DNA of 64,000 nucleotides from Eledone cirrhosa (Eukaryota), in contig OZ024756.1 of the NCBI GenBank assembly GCA_964016885.1, positions 1,364,001-1,428,000 on the forward strand, given 5' to 3'. The notes below the pieces were generated by a model. It saw nothing but the letters and a program-made list of their open reading frames with translations, searched no databases and was not told the origin of the DNA. Below, piece by piece: positions 15,361 through 31,591 of this stretch (the first letter of the stretch is position 1; each line of letters starts with the position of its first letter). A program made the translations under genes and the position numbers.

Positions 15361-15545
15361 TAACGAAGGAATTGTGGTAAGGAACCAGATGGACCATAAC
15401 GCACCAGAGTACTCAATACTTAGGGTAGTAGAGTGGGTAATAGGAACAAGTATGACCCCGACGGCAGAGCTCAAGCCATTTCGACGGCTAATTCTCTTGA
15501 ATTAGCCGTCGAAATGGCTTGAGCTCTACCGCCGAGGTCATACTT
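15361..15545 (-). mobile_element. Penelope-like terminal fragment ending in a fold-back
   Basis: 15361-15495 is the reverse complement of 51610-51737; 15448-15545 forms a ~47-bp-arm palindrome. Confidence 0.6.
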
Positions 15546-15564
15546 TTTCGTATATATATATATG

Positions 15565-15632
<68 letters not shown>

Positions 15633-15646
15633 TATATATATATATG

Positions 15647-15721
<75 letters not shown>

Positions 15722-15722
15722 G

Positions 15723-15802
<80 letters not shown>

Positions 15803-16042
15803 TAAACAAATAATGAACAAACAATTCCTTATATTAAACAAAAAAAGTTCACTATTTAACGATCGTTTCTAGGGCATATATGTGTTATAATTGGTATGCA
15901 TATTTAACAGATCTATGTACAAAATTATACAAAATTATACAAATTATCAAGATTAAATATACATACCTAACACATTGAGTTCTTCATACATTGAGTTCTT
16001 CATACGGATTGGACACTACCGTAAACTCTTGGTAGATTTATC

Positions 16043-16087
<45 letters not shown>

Positions 16088-16094
16088 ATATGTG

Positions 16095-16165
<71 letters not shown>

Positions 16166-16198
16166 GTGTAGATATATGTATATATATATGTATATATT

Positions 16199-16282
<84 letters not shown>

Positions 16283-16299
16283 CACCCCCAATATATACC

Positions 16300-16385
16300 C
16301 CCCCCCCCCCTCACTCTCAAGAGCGTGAAACTAATAAACCTTTGTTTGTACTGCCTCTCTGTTTTGTTCCCGTTCCATTTTTCAC

Positions 16386-16388
<3 letters not shown>
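16300..16388 (+). mobile_element. Penelope-like 3' fragment
   Basis: caagagcgtgaaactaataaac...ttttcacta matches 21470-21548. Confidence 0.55.
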
Positions 16389-16466
<78 letters not shown>

Positions 16467-16557
16467 GTATGTATATATATATATATATGTATATATACGT
16501 ATGTATGTATATACAAATTTGTGTATGATAGCAATGTATATATATATATATATATAA

Positions 16558-16640
<83 letters not shown>

Positions 16641-16856
16641 ATATATACTCCCAAAAGTACAACGGTTGTTCATCTTATTTCTCTACTTGCAATCATAATA
16701 CTACATACATACATATACACACACACATATATATATACCTATATATATATACATGTATGTTATATATATGTATGTATATGTATGTATATGTATATATACG
16801 CATATCTATATATATATACATATAAACACATATTTAAACCTACACATATATACCTA

Positions 16857-16905
<49 letters not shown>

Positions 16906-17179
16906 ATATATGTATATATATGTATATATATGTATATATGTATATAAACACATATATATACCTACACATATATACCTATATATATATATACATGTATGTT
17001 ATATGTATGTATATATATATATGCATACATATATATACATATAAACAAATATATATGCCTACACATATATACCTATATATATATACATGTTTGTTATATG
17101 TATGTTTATGCATATATATATGCTTATATATATATACATATACACCCTAAAATATATATATATATATATATGTGCGTGT

Positions 17180-17224
<45 letters not shown>

Positions 17225-17397
17225 CTACACACACATACCGTCTGTTTGTCGTCTGGAGAGCTGTAAGTGTGCTTTTAATATGACCAGATGATAGATCTGT
17301 AAACATGCCAGATCTCGGCATCACAAATTGTCATCTTTCAAAGAAACCCCTCGTCACCATTATATATAAATATATATATATATATTTATATATATAC

Positions 17398-17527
<130 letters not shown>

Positions 17528-17614
17528 ATATTTACATACATATATATGTGTGTTTGTGTGTGTTTGTATATGTAAATATATATATATTATATATAGGCAT
17601 ACATATATATATAT

Positions 17615-17656
<42 letters not shown>

Positions 17657-17796
17657 TATATATGCATACATATATATATATATATATATGTGTATATATA
17701 TATATAAATATATATATATACATATATATATATAATTATATATACATATATAAATATATATATATATATACACATATATATATATGTATATAAATA

Positions 17797-17864
<68 letters not shown>

Positions 17865-17879
17865 TATATATATACACAC

Positions 17880-17982
<103 letters not shown>

Positions 17983-18019
17983 AAAGGTAAACACAAATAA
18001 CAACACAATCGGTACATAT

Positions 18020-18076
<57 letters not shown>

Positions 18077-18080
18077 TAAG

Positions 18081-18127
<47 letters not shown>

Positions 18128-18141
18128 GAATATACGTGTAC

Positions 18142-18179
<38 letters not shown>

Positions 18180-18451
18180 GTGTATATTTGATATCCATTG
18201 AACAAGCTTCTAATTATTGTATTCTTAAGACCCTGTGTGTGTTCTCCAGTCCTTTCTAGCTTCCTTTCTTTCTATCCTTCTGTCTATCTTTCTTTTTCTC
18301 TTTCTCCCCTCTCCCTTTCTCTCTCTCTCTCTGTCTATCTATCTATCTCTCTCTCTCATCTCCCTCCCTCCCTCGTCTTTCTCTGTCTGTCTTCCTCTAT
18401 CTCTCTCTCTCTCTCTCTCTCCTCCCGTCTCTCTCATATCTCTCTCTCATA

Positions 18452-18489
<38 letters not shown>

Positions 18490-18506
18490 CCCTATCTCTC
18501 TCCATC

Positions 18507-18592
<86 letters not shown>

Positions 18593-18610
18593 TAGAGAGA
18601 TGGAGAGAGA

Positions 18611-18810
18611 NNNNNNNNNNNNNNNNNNNNNNNNNNNNNNNNNNNNNNNNNNNNNNNNNNNNNNNNNNNNNNNNNNNNNNNNNNNNNNNNNNNNNNNNNN
18701 NNNNNNNNNNNNNNNNNNNNNNNNNNNNNNNNNNNNNNNNNNNNNNNNNNNNNNNNNNNNNNNNNNNNNNNNNNNNNNNNNNNNNNNNNNNNNNNNNNNN
18801 NNNNNNNNNN
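18611..18810. other. Assembly gap (200 N)
   Basis: N run. Confidence 1.
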
Positions 18811-19365
18811 GTGGTGGTGGTGGTGTTGGTGGTGGAGGAGGTGGTGCTGGTGTTGGTGATGATGGTGGTGGTGGTGGTGTTGGTGGTGGAGGAGGTGGTG
18901 CTGGTGTTGGTGATGATGGTGGTGGTGGTGGTGTTGGTGGTGGAGGAGGTGGTGCTGGTGTTGGTGATGATGGTGGTGGTGGTGGTGTTGGTGGTGGAGG
19001 AGGTGGTGCTGGTGTTGGTGATGATGGTGGTGGTGGTGGTGTTGGTGGTGGAGGAGGTGGTGCTGGTGTTGGTGATGATGGTGGTGGTGGTGGTGTTGGT
19101 GGTGGAGGAGGTGGTGCTGGTGTTGGTGATGATGGTGGTGGTGGTGGTGTTGGTGGTGGAGGAGGTGGTGCTGGTGTTGGTGATGATGGTGGTGGTGGTG
19201 GTGTTGGTGGTGGAGGAGGTGGTGCTGGTGTTGGTGATGATGGTGGTGGTGGTGGTGTTGGTGGTGGAGGAGGTGGTGCTGGTGTTGGTGATGATGGTGG
19301 TGGTGGTGGTGTTGGTGGTGGAGGAGGTGGTGGTGGTGTTGGTGGTGGAGGAGGTGTTGTTGTTG
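18811..19365. repeat. 54-bp tandem repeat, about 10 near-perfect units
   Basis: gaggag recurs at 18835, 18889 and onward. Confidence 0.92.
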
Positions 19366-19399
19366 CTGTAACTTCCTGTCGTCGTTGTTGTAGCTAGTC

Positions 19400-19708
19400 A
19401 CCATCATCATCATCATCATATCTTGCCGCGCCACTGAAGTGCAGCTTCGTTTGCTTCCATCAGGTGTTGGTGGGAGCGTGTGGGTCCCAGCGAGCACCCA
19501 CGGAGGATGTGGGCTGTGGGCAGGGGCACTCAGCACTGGTGGCCAATCCCCACTTGTGGAGGTTTAACTCCAGTTTTGCCCGTTTTGGCTCTGGCCCTGT
19601 TTAGGGTTACCCAGTCCTTTCTGCTAAGAGATGTTCCATTGGGGAGGCTTTCATTTGGGCTTGGTAAGGCGGCGTTGGTTGGGCGGCGGTCACCCTCCCT
19701 CCACGGTT
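19400..19708 (-). mobile_element. Vingi/Ingi-like LINE 3' fragment
   Basis: Reads PNESLPNGTSLSRKDWVTLNRARAKTG, frameshift, LHKWGLATSAECPC; ends WRGKI* then an (ATG)n tail. Clade from recalled motif W..LNR.R...KWG..C.C. Confidence 0.65.
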
Positions 19709-20061
19709 AGTGATGTTGATGTTGTTGTTGTTGTTGTTGGTGGTGTTGGAGGAGGTCTTGTTGCTGTAACTGTTGTTGTTGTAAGTGTTGTTGATGTTGT
19801 TGTTGTTGTTGTTGTTGGTGGTGGTTGTGGTGGTGGTGGTGGTGGAGGAGGTCTTGTTGCTGTAACTGTTGTTGTTGTAAGTGTTGTTGATGTTGTTGTT
19901 GTTGTTGTTGTTGGTGGTGGTGGTGTTGGTGGTGGAGGAGGTCTTGTTGCTGTAACTGTTGTTGTTGTAAGTGTTGTTGATGTTGTTGTTGTTGTTGTTG
20001 TTGGTGGTGGTGGTGTTGGTGGTGGAGGAGGTCTTGTTGCTGTAACTGTTGTTGTTGTAAG

Positions 20062-20092
<31 letters not shown>

Positions 20093-20381
20093 GGTGGTGG
20101 TGGTGGTGGAGGAGGTCTTGTTGCTGTAACTGTTGTTGTTGTAAGTGTTGTTGATGTTGTTGGTGGTGGTGGTGGTGGTGGTGGTGGTGGAGGAGGTCTT
20201 GTTGCTGTAACTGTTGTTGTTGTAAGTGTTGTTGATGTTGTTGTTGTTGGTGGTGGTGGTGGTGGAGGAGGTCTTGTTGCTGTAACTGTTGTTGTTGTAA
20301 GTGTTGTTGATGTTATTGTTGTTGTTGTTGTTGTTGTACTGTTGTTGTTGTTGTAACTGTTGTTGTTGTAAGTGTTGTTGA

Positions 20382-20427
<46 letters not shown>

Positions 20428-20545
20428 GGTGGTGGAAGTGGTGATAATGATGATGACGATGATGATGCTGATGATAATGATGATAGTGATGATGATGATG
20501 TTGGTGAAGGTGCTGCTGATGATGATAGTAATGATAATGACGATG
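19709..20545. repeat. ~60-80 bp (GTT/GGT) compound repeat followed by (GAT)n
   Basis: ggaggaggtcttgttgctgtaactgttgttgttgtaag recurs about 7 times. Confidence 0.9.
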
Positions 20546-20796
20546 TGTTATTTAAATATTAATCCAATTTTTTTACGGTCGTTTCAGCGGACATTGTTCA
20601 CTGGTGTAAAGTTAATTTCATGACACAGGTCTGGAAAACGTCATATCTACTGATTACATTCATTGTTTCTGATTACAACCAGCAGATATGACGGGCTTTT
20701 CAAGAACAGATTTGCCTTCTCAAAATGGCGCACATTTACGTCTGCTCAGCCGAAATAATTGTAAAACAATGGATGAATAACTACATCACTCTAGTC

Positions 20797-21085
20797 CAGT
20801 CATGGGCAACCTGCGGCCCGCGGAGCTTTCTGATTGGCTCACCTAAGTTACCTAAGTGAAATCTTTCTGATTTTTTATCCCAACTTTTCAGTCGTAATTT
20901 ATATTTCTACCATTTTTACGATCGAGGAAAACAACGTGTACGAATTCTGAAGAACCAAATCAAAACAACCCGAGTTACTGCCCTTTTTTTAATGCGGGCA
21001 CGAATGTAAATTGGCGCTTGCGACCCGCCTGATGATAAGCCATATCTCATGCGGCCCGCTTCTCGAAAAAGATTGCCCATGCCTG
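20797..21085. mobile_element. hAT (Charlie-like) MITE
   Basis: TIRs CAGTCATGGGCAA / TTGCCCATGCCTG, internal tgcggcccgc, 8-bp TSD ctctagtc/ctttagtc. Confidence 0.85.
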
Positions 21086-21204
21086 CTTTAGTCTCTTATT
21101 CTTTCATTGTGCAACATAATGTTTGTATGTACAAACACATACACACACATACATATATGCATATATATATATACATACATATGTATATATATATAATACA
21201 CAAA

Positions 21205-21548
21205 CACCCCGGTCAGCCCTCCCCGCTCGGACGACCCGCCTCCCTCTCCCTACTCCACCCACCACCACCCCTACACGCCTCACACCCTTCCACCAATTGT
21301 TTATCTTTATCTTTATTTTTATTTTTATTTGCACCCCTTCCACCGTTTTTTCTCCCCCCCCCTTTTTTTCTAAATGTTTCTCCCCCACTCCCCCCCCCAC
21401 ACCCTCAGAACTCTCTTCCTACCCACTTTTCTCCTGATGAAGGACTTATGCTCGAAACGTCCGTCCCCCCCACACTTTCAAGAGCGTGAACCTAATAAAC
21501 TTTTATTTGTACTGCTCCTCTGTTTTTGTTCCTGTCCAAGTTTTCACT
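21205..21548 (+). mobile_element. Penelope-like pLTR fragment with decayed hammerhead
   Basis: CTGATGA-aggacttatgctc-GAAA-cgtc at 21434-21461, then aataaa; ends directly at the large satellite. Confidence 0.6.
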
Positions 21549-24500
21549 ATATATATATTTATATATACATACACACACATATATATATACATACACACAC
21601 ATATATATATTCATATATATATACATACACACACATATATATATATTCATATATATATATACATACACACACATATATATATTCATATATATATACATAC
21701 ACACACATATATACATATTCATCTATATATACATACACACACATATATATATATTCATATATATATAGATACACACACATATATATTCATATATATATAC
21801 ATACACACACACATATATATTCATATATATATACATACACACACATATATATATTCATATATATATACATACACACACATATATATATTCATATATATAT
21901 ATATATACATACACACACATATATATATTCATATATATATACATACACACATATACATATATTCATATATATATACATACACACACATATATATATTCAT
22001 ATATATATACATACACACACATATATATATTCATATATATATATATACATACACACACATATATATATTCATATATATATATATACATACACACACATAT
22101 ATATATATTCATATATATATATACATACACACATATATATATTCATATATATATATACATACACACACATATATATATTCATATATATATACATACACAC
22201 ACATACATATATTCATATATATATACATACACACACATATATATTCATATATATATACATACACACACATATATATATATTCATATATATATATACATAC
22301 ACACACATATATATATTCATATATATATACATACACACACATATATACATATTCATCTATATATACATACACACACATATATATATATTCATATATATAT
22401 ACATACACACACATATATATTCATATATATATACATACACACACACATATATATTCATATATATATACATACACACACATATATATATTCATATATATAT
22501 ACATACACACACATATATATATTCATATATATATATATACATACACACACATATATATATTCATATATATATACATACACACATATACATATATTCATAT
22601 ATATATACATACACACACATATATATATTCATATATATATACATACACACACATATATATATTCATATATATATATATACATACACACACATATATATAT
22701 TCATATATATATATACATACACACACATATATATATATTCATATATATATATACATACACACATATATATATTCATATATATATATACATACACACACAT
22801 ATATATATTCATATATATATACATACACACACATACATATATTCATATATATATACATACACACACATATATATATTCATATATATATACATACACACAC
22901 ATATATATATTCATATATATATATACATACACACATATATATATTCATATATATATATACATACACACACATATATATATTCATATATATATATATACAT
23001 ACACACACATATATATATTCATATATATATATACATACACACACATATATATATTCATATATATATATACATACACACACATATATATATTCATATATAT
23101 ATATACATACACACACAAATATATATTCATATATATATACATACACACATATACATATATTCATATATATATACAAACACACACATATATATATTCATAT
23201 ATATATACATACACACACATATATATATTCATATATATATATACATACACACACATATATATATTCATATATATATATATATACACACATATATATATTC
23301 ATATATATATACATACACACACATATATATATATTCATATATATATACATACACACACATATATATATTCATATATATATATACATACACACACATATAT
23401 ATATTCATATATATATATATATACACACATATATATATTCATATATATATACATACACACACATATATATATATTCATATATATATACATACACACACAT
23501 ATATATATTCATATATATATATACATACACACACATATATATATTCATATATATATACATACACACACATACATATATTCATATATATATACATACACAC
23601 ACATATATATATTCATATATATATACATACACACACATATATATATACATATATATATACATACACACACATATATATATTCATATATATATATACATAC
23701 ACACACATATATATATTCATATATATATATACATACACACACATATATATATTCATATATATATATACATACACACACATATATATATTCATATATATAT
23801 ATACATACACACACATATATATATTCATATATATATACATACACACACATACATATATTCATATATATATACATACACACACATATATATATTCATATAT
23901 ATATACATACACACACATATATATATTCATATATATATATACATACACACACATATATATATTCATATATATATACATACACACACATACATATATTCAT
24001 ATATATATACATACACACACATATATATATTCATATATATATACATACACACACATATATATATTCATATATATATACATACACAAACATATATATATTC
24101 ATATATATATATATATACATACACACACATATATATATTCATATATATATACATACACACATATACATATATTCATATATATATACATACACACACATAT
24201 ATATATTCATATATATATATACATACACACACATATATATATTCATATATATATACATACACACACATACATATATTCATATATATATACATACACACAC
24301 ATATATATATTCATATATATATACATACACACACATATATATATTCATATATATATATACATACACACACATATATATATTCATATATATATATACATAC
24401 ACACACATATATATATATTCATATATATATATACATACACACATATATATATTCATATATATATATACATACACACACATATATATATTCATATATATAT

Positions 24501-27500
24501 ACATACACACACATACATATATTCATATATATATACGTACACACACATATATATATTCATATATATATACATACACACACATATATATATTCATATATAT
24601 ATATACATACACACATATATATATTCATATATATATATACATACACACACATATATATATTCATATATATATATATACATACACACACATATATATATTC
24701 ATATATATATATACATACACACACATATATATATTCATATATATATATACATACACACACAAATATATATTCATATATATATACATACACACATATACAT
24801 ATATTCATATATATATACATACACACACATATATATATTCATATATATATACATACACACACATATATATATTCATATATATATATACATACACACACAT
24901 ATATATATTCATATATATATATATATACACACATATATATATTCATATATATATACATACACACACATATATATATTCATATATATATACATACACACAC
25001 ATATATATATTCATATATATATATACATACACACACATATATATATTCATATATATATATATACATACACACACATATATATATTCATATATATATACAT
25101 ACACACACATATATATATTCATATATATCTATACATACACACACATATATATATTCATATATATATACATACACACACATACATATATTCATATATATAT
25201 ATACATACACACACATATATATATTCATATATACATACACACACATATATATATTCATATATATATATACATACACACACATATATATATATTCATATAT
25301 ATATACATACACACACATATATATATTCATATATATATATACATACACACATATACATATATTCATATATATATACATACACACACATATATATATTCAT
25401 ATATATATACATACACACACATATATATATTCATATATATATATACATACACACACATATATATATTCATATATATATATACATACACACACATATATAT
25501 ATTCATATATATATATATATATACACATATATATATTCATATATATATACATACACATATATATATTCATATATATATACATACACACACATATATATAT
25601 TCATATATATATACATACACACATATATATATATTCATATATATATACATACACACACATATATATATTCATATATATATATACATACACACATATATAT
25701 ATTCATATATATATATACATACACACATATATATTCATATATATATACATACACACACATATATATATTCATATATATATATACATACACCCACATATAT
25801 ATATTCATATATATTATACATACACACACATATATATATTCATATATATATACATACACACACATACATATATTCATATATATATACATACACACACATA
25901 TATATATTCATATATATATACATACACACACATATATATATTCATATATATATAATACATACACACACATATATTATTCATATATATATACATACACACA
26001 TATATATATTCATATATATATATACATACACACACATATATATATTCATATATATATATACATACACACACATATATATATTCATATATATATATACATA
26101 CACACACATATATATATTCATATATATATACATACACACATATACATATATTCATATATATATACATACACACACATATATATATTCATATATATATACA
26201 TACACACACATATATATATTCATATATATATATACATACACACACATATATATATTCATATATATATATACATACACACACATATATATATATTCATATA
26301 TATATATACATACACACATATATATATTCATATATATATATACATACACACACATATATATATTCATATATATATACATACACACACATACATATATTCA
26401 TATATATATACATACACACACATATATATATTCATATATATATACATACACACACATATATATATTCATATATATATATACATACACACATATATATATT
26501 CATATATATATATATACATACACACACATATATATATTCATATATATATATACATACACACACATATATATATTCATATATATATATACATACACACACA
26601 TATATATATTCATATATATATATACATACACACACATATATATATTCATATATATATATACATACACACACATATATATATTCATATATATATATACATA
26701 CACACAGAAATATATATTCATATATATATACATACACACATATACATATATTCATATATATATACATACACACACATATATATATTCATATATATATACA
26801 TACACACACATATATATATTCATATATATATATACATACACACACATATATATATTCATATATATATATATATACACACATATATATATTCATATATATA
26901 TACATACACACACATATATATATATTCATATATATATACATACACACACATATATATATTCATATATATATATACATACACACACATATATATATTCATA
27001 TATATATATATATACACACATATATATATTCATATATATATACATACACACACATATATATATATTCATATATATATACATACACACACATATATATATT
27101 CATATATATATATACATACACACACATATATATATTCATATATATATACATACACACACATACATATATTCATATATATATACATACACACACATATATA
27201 TATTCATATATATATACATACACACACATATATATATTCATATATATATACATACACACACATATATATATTCATATATATATATACATACACACACATA
27301 TATATATTCATATATATATATACATACACACACATATATATATTCATATATATATATACATACACACACATATATATATTCATATATATATATACATACA
27401 CACACATATATATATTCATATATATATACATACACACACATACATATATTCATATATATATACATACACACACATATATATATTCATATATATATACATA

Positions 27501-30500
27501 CACACACATATATATATTCATATATATATATACATACACACATATACATATATTCATATATATATACATACACACACATATATATATTCATATATATATA
27601 CATACACACACATATATATATTCATATATATATACATACACACACATATATATATATTCATATATATATACATACACACACATATATATTCATATATATA
27701 TACATACACACACACATATATATTCATATATATATACATACACACACATATATATATTCATATATATATACATACACAAACATATATATATTCATATATA
27801 TATATACATACACACACATATATATATTCATATATATATACATACACACATATACATATATTCATATATATATACATACACACACATATATATATTCATA
27901 TATATATACATACACACACATATATATATTCATATATATATATACATACACACACATATATATATTCATATATATATATACATACACACACATATATATA
28001 TTCATATATATATATACATACACACATATATATATTCATATATATATATACATACACACACATATATATATTCATATATATATATATACACACACATACT
28101 ATATATTCATATATATATACATACACACACATATATATAATCATATATATATACATACACACACATATATATATTCATATATATATATACATACACACAT
28201 ATATATATTCATATATATATATACATACACACACATATATATATTCATATATATATATATACATACACACACATATATATATTCATATATATATATACAT
28301 ACACACACATATATATATTCATATATATATATACATACACACACATATATATATTCATAATATATATACATACACACACATATATATATTCATATATATA
28401 TATACATACACACACAAATATATATTCATATATATATATACATACACACATATACATATATTCATATATATATACATACACACACATATATATATTCATA
28501 TATATATACATACACACACATATATATATTCATATATATATATACATACACACACATATATATATTCATATATATATATATATACACACATATATATATT
28601 CATATATATATACATACACACACATATATATATTCATATATATATACATACACACACATATATATATTCATATATATATATACATACACACACATATATA
28701 TATTCATATATATATATACATACACACACATATATATATTCATATATATATATACATACACACACATATATATATTCATATATATATACATACACACACA
28801 TATATATATTCATATATATATACATACACACACATACATATATTTCATATATATATATACATACACACACATATATATATTCATATATACATACACACAC
28901 ATATATATATTCATATATATATATACATACACACACATATATATATTCATATATATATACATACACACACATATATATATTCATATATATATACATACAC
29001 ACATATACATATATTCATATATATATACATACACACACATATATATATTCATATATATATACATACACACACATATATATATATTCATATATATATATAC
29101 ATACACACACATATATATATTCATATATATATATACATACACACACATATATATATTCATATATATATATATATATACACACATATATATATTCATATAT
29201 ATATACATACACATATATATATTCATATATATACACATACACACACATATATATATTCATATATATATATACATACACACATATATATATATTCATATAT
29301 ATATACATACACACACATATATATATTCATATATATATATACATACACACATATATATTCATATATATATATACATACACACATATATATTCATATATAT
29401 ATACATACACACACATATATATATTCATATATATATATACATACACACACATATATATATTCATATATATATATACATACACACACATATATATATTCAT
29501 ATATATATACATACACACACATACATATATTCATATATATATACATACACACACATATATATATTCATATATATATACATACACACACATATATATATTC
29601 ATATATATATATACATACACACACATATATATATTCATATATATATACATACACACATATATATATATTCATATATATATACATACACACACATATATAT
29701 ATTCATATATATATATACATACACACACATATATATATTCATATATATATATACATACACACACATATATATATTCATATATAGATACATACACACATAT
29801 ACATATATTCATATATATATACATACACACACATATATATATTCATATATATATACATACACACACATATATATATTCATATATATATATACATACACAC
29901 ACATATATATATTCATATATATATATACATACACACACATATATATATATATTCATATATATATATACATACACACATATATATATTCATATATATATAT
30001 ACATACACACACATATATATATTCATATATATATACATACACACACATACATATATTCATATATATATACATACACACACATATATATATTCATATATAT
30101 ATACATACACACACATATATATATTCATATATATATATACATACACACATATATATATTCATATATATATATATACATACACACACATATATATATTCAT
30201 ATATATATATACATACACACACATATATATATTCATATATATATATACATACACACACATATATATATTCATATATATATATACATACACACACATATAT
30301 ATATTCATATATATATATACATACACACACATATATATATTCATATATATATATACATACACACAGAAATATATATTCATATATATATACATACACACAT
30401 ATACATATATTCATATATATATACATACACACACATATATATATTCATATATATATACATACACACACATATATATATTCATATATATATATACATACAC

Positions 30501-31076
30501 ACACATATATATATTCATATATATATATATATACACACATATATATATTCATATATATATACATACACACACATATATATATATTCATATATATATACAT
30601 ACACACACATATATATATTCATATATATATATACATACACACACATATATATATTCATATATATATATATATACACACATATATATATTCATATATATAT
30701 ACATACACACACATATATATATATTCATATATATATACATACACACACATATATATATTCATATATATATATACATACACACACATATATATATTCATAT
30801 ATATATACATACACACACATACATATATTCATATATATATACATACACACACATATATATATTCATATATATATACATACACACACATATATATATACAT
30901 ATATATATATATACACACACATATATATATTCATATATATATATACATACACACACATATATATATTCATATATATATATACATACACACACATATATAT
31001 ATTCATATATATATATACATACACACATATATATATTCATATATATATACATACACACACATATATATATTCATAT
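21549..31076. repeat. 32-36 bp satellite (atatatattcatatatatatacatacacacac), main block
   Basis: About 9.5 kb of tandem units marked by a single TTC; the 2328-aa and 1489-aa ORFs are artefacts. Confidence 0.97.
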
Positions 31077-31181
31077 GATGGCTGCCCCCTCGTTATCGAG
31101 TATGGCCATTGCACAATAAAAAAAAAAAAATAAATAAAAAAAAAAAAATAAAATAAAAAAAAAAATAAAAAATAAAAAATA

Positions 31182-31232
<51 letters not shown>

Positions 31233-31259
31233 AAAAAAAAAAAAAAAAAAAAGGAAAAG

Positions 31260-31292
<33 letters not shown>

Positions 31293-31414
31293 TATACATA
31301 CACATATACATACACATATATATACACACACACATACATACACATACATACATATATACACACACACATACATACACATACACTCACACATATATACACA
31401 CATACATTAATAAC

Positions 31415-31472
<58 letters not shown>

Positions 31473-31551
31473 GCAATAATAATAATAACGACAACAACAA
31501 TAATAATATACATATTCATATATATATACACACACACGCACGCACATAAGC

Positions 31552-31591
<40 letters not shown>

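Noticed and set aside
21029-21070. CTGATGA...GAAA inside the hAT MITE as a hammerhead
   Set aside because: No convincing stems I and III or cleavage triplet.
21374-28360. 2328-aa and 1489-aa ORFs
   Set aside because: Stop-free translations of a TA/CA satellite; only Y/I/H/T/S/F, no domain content.
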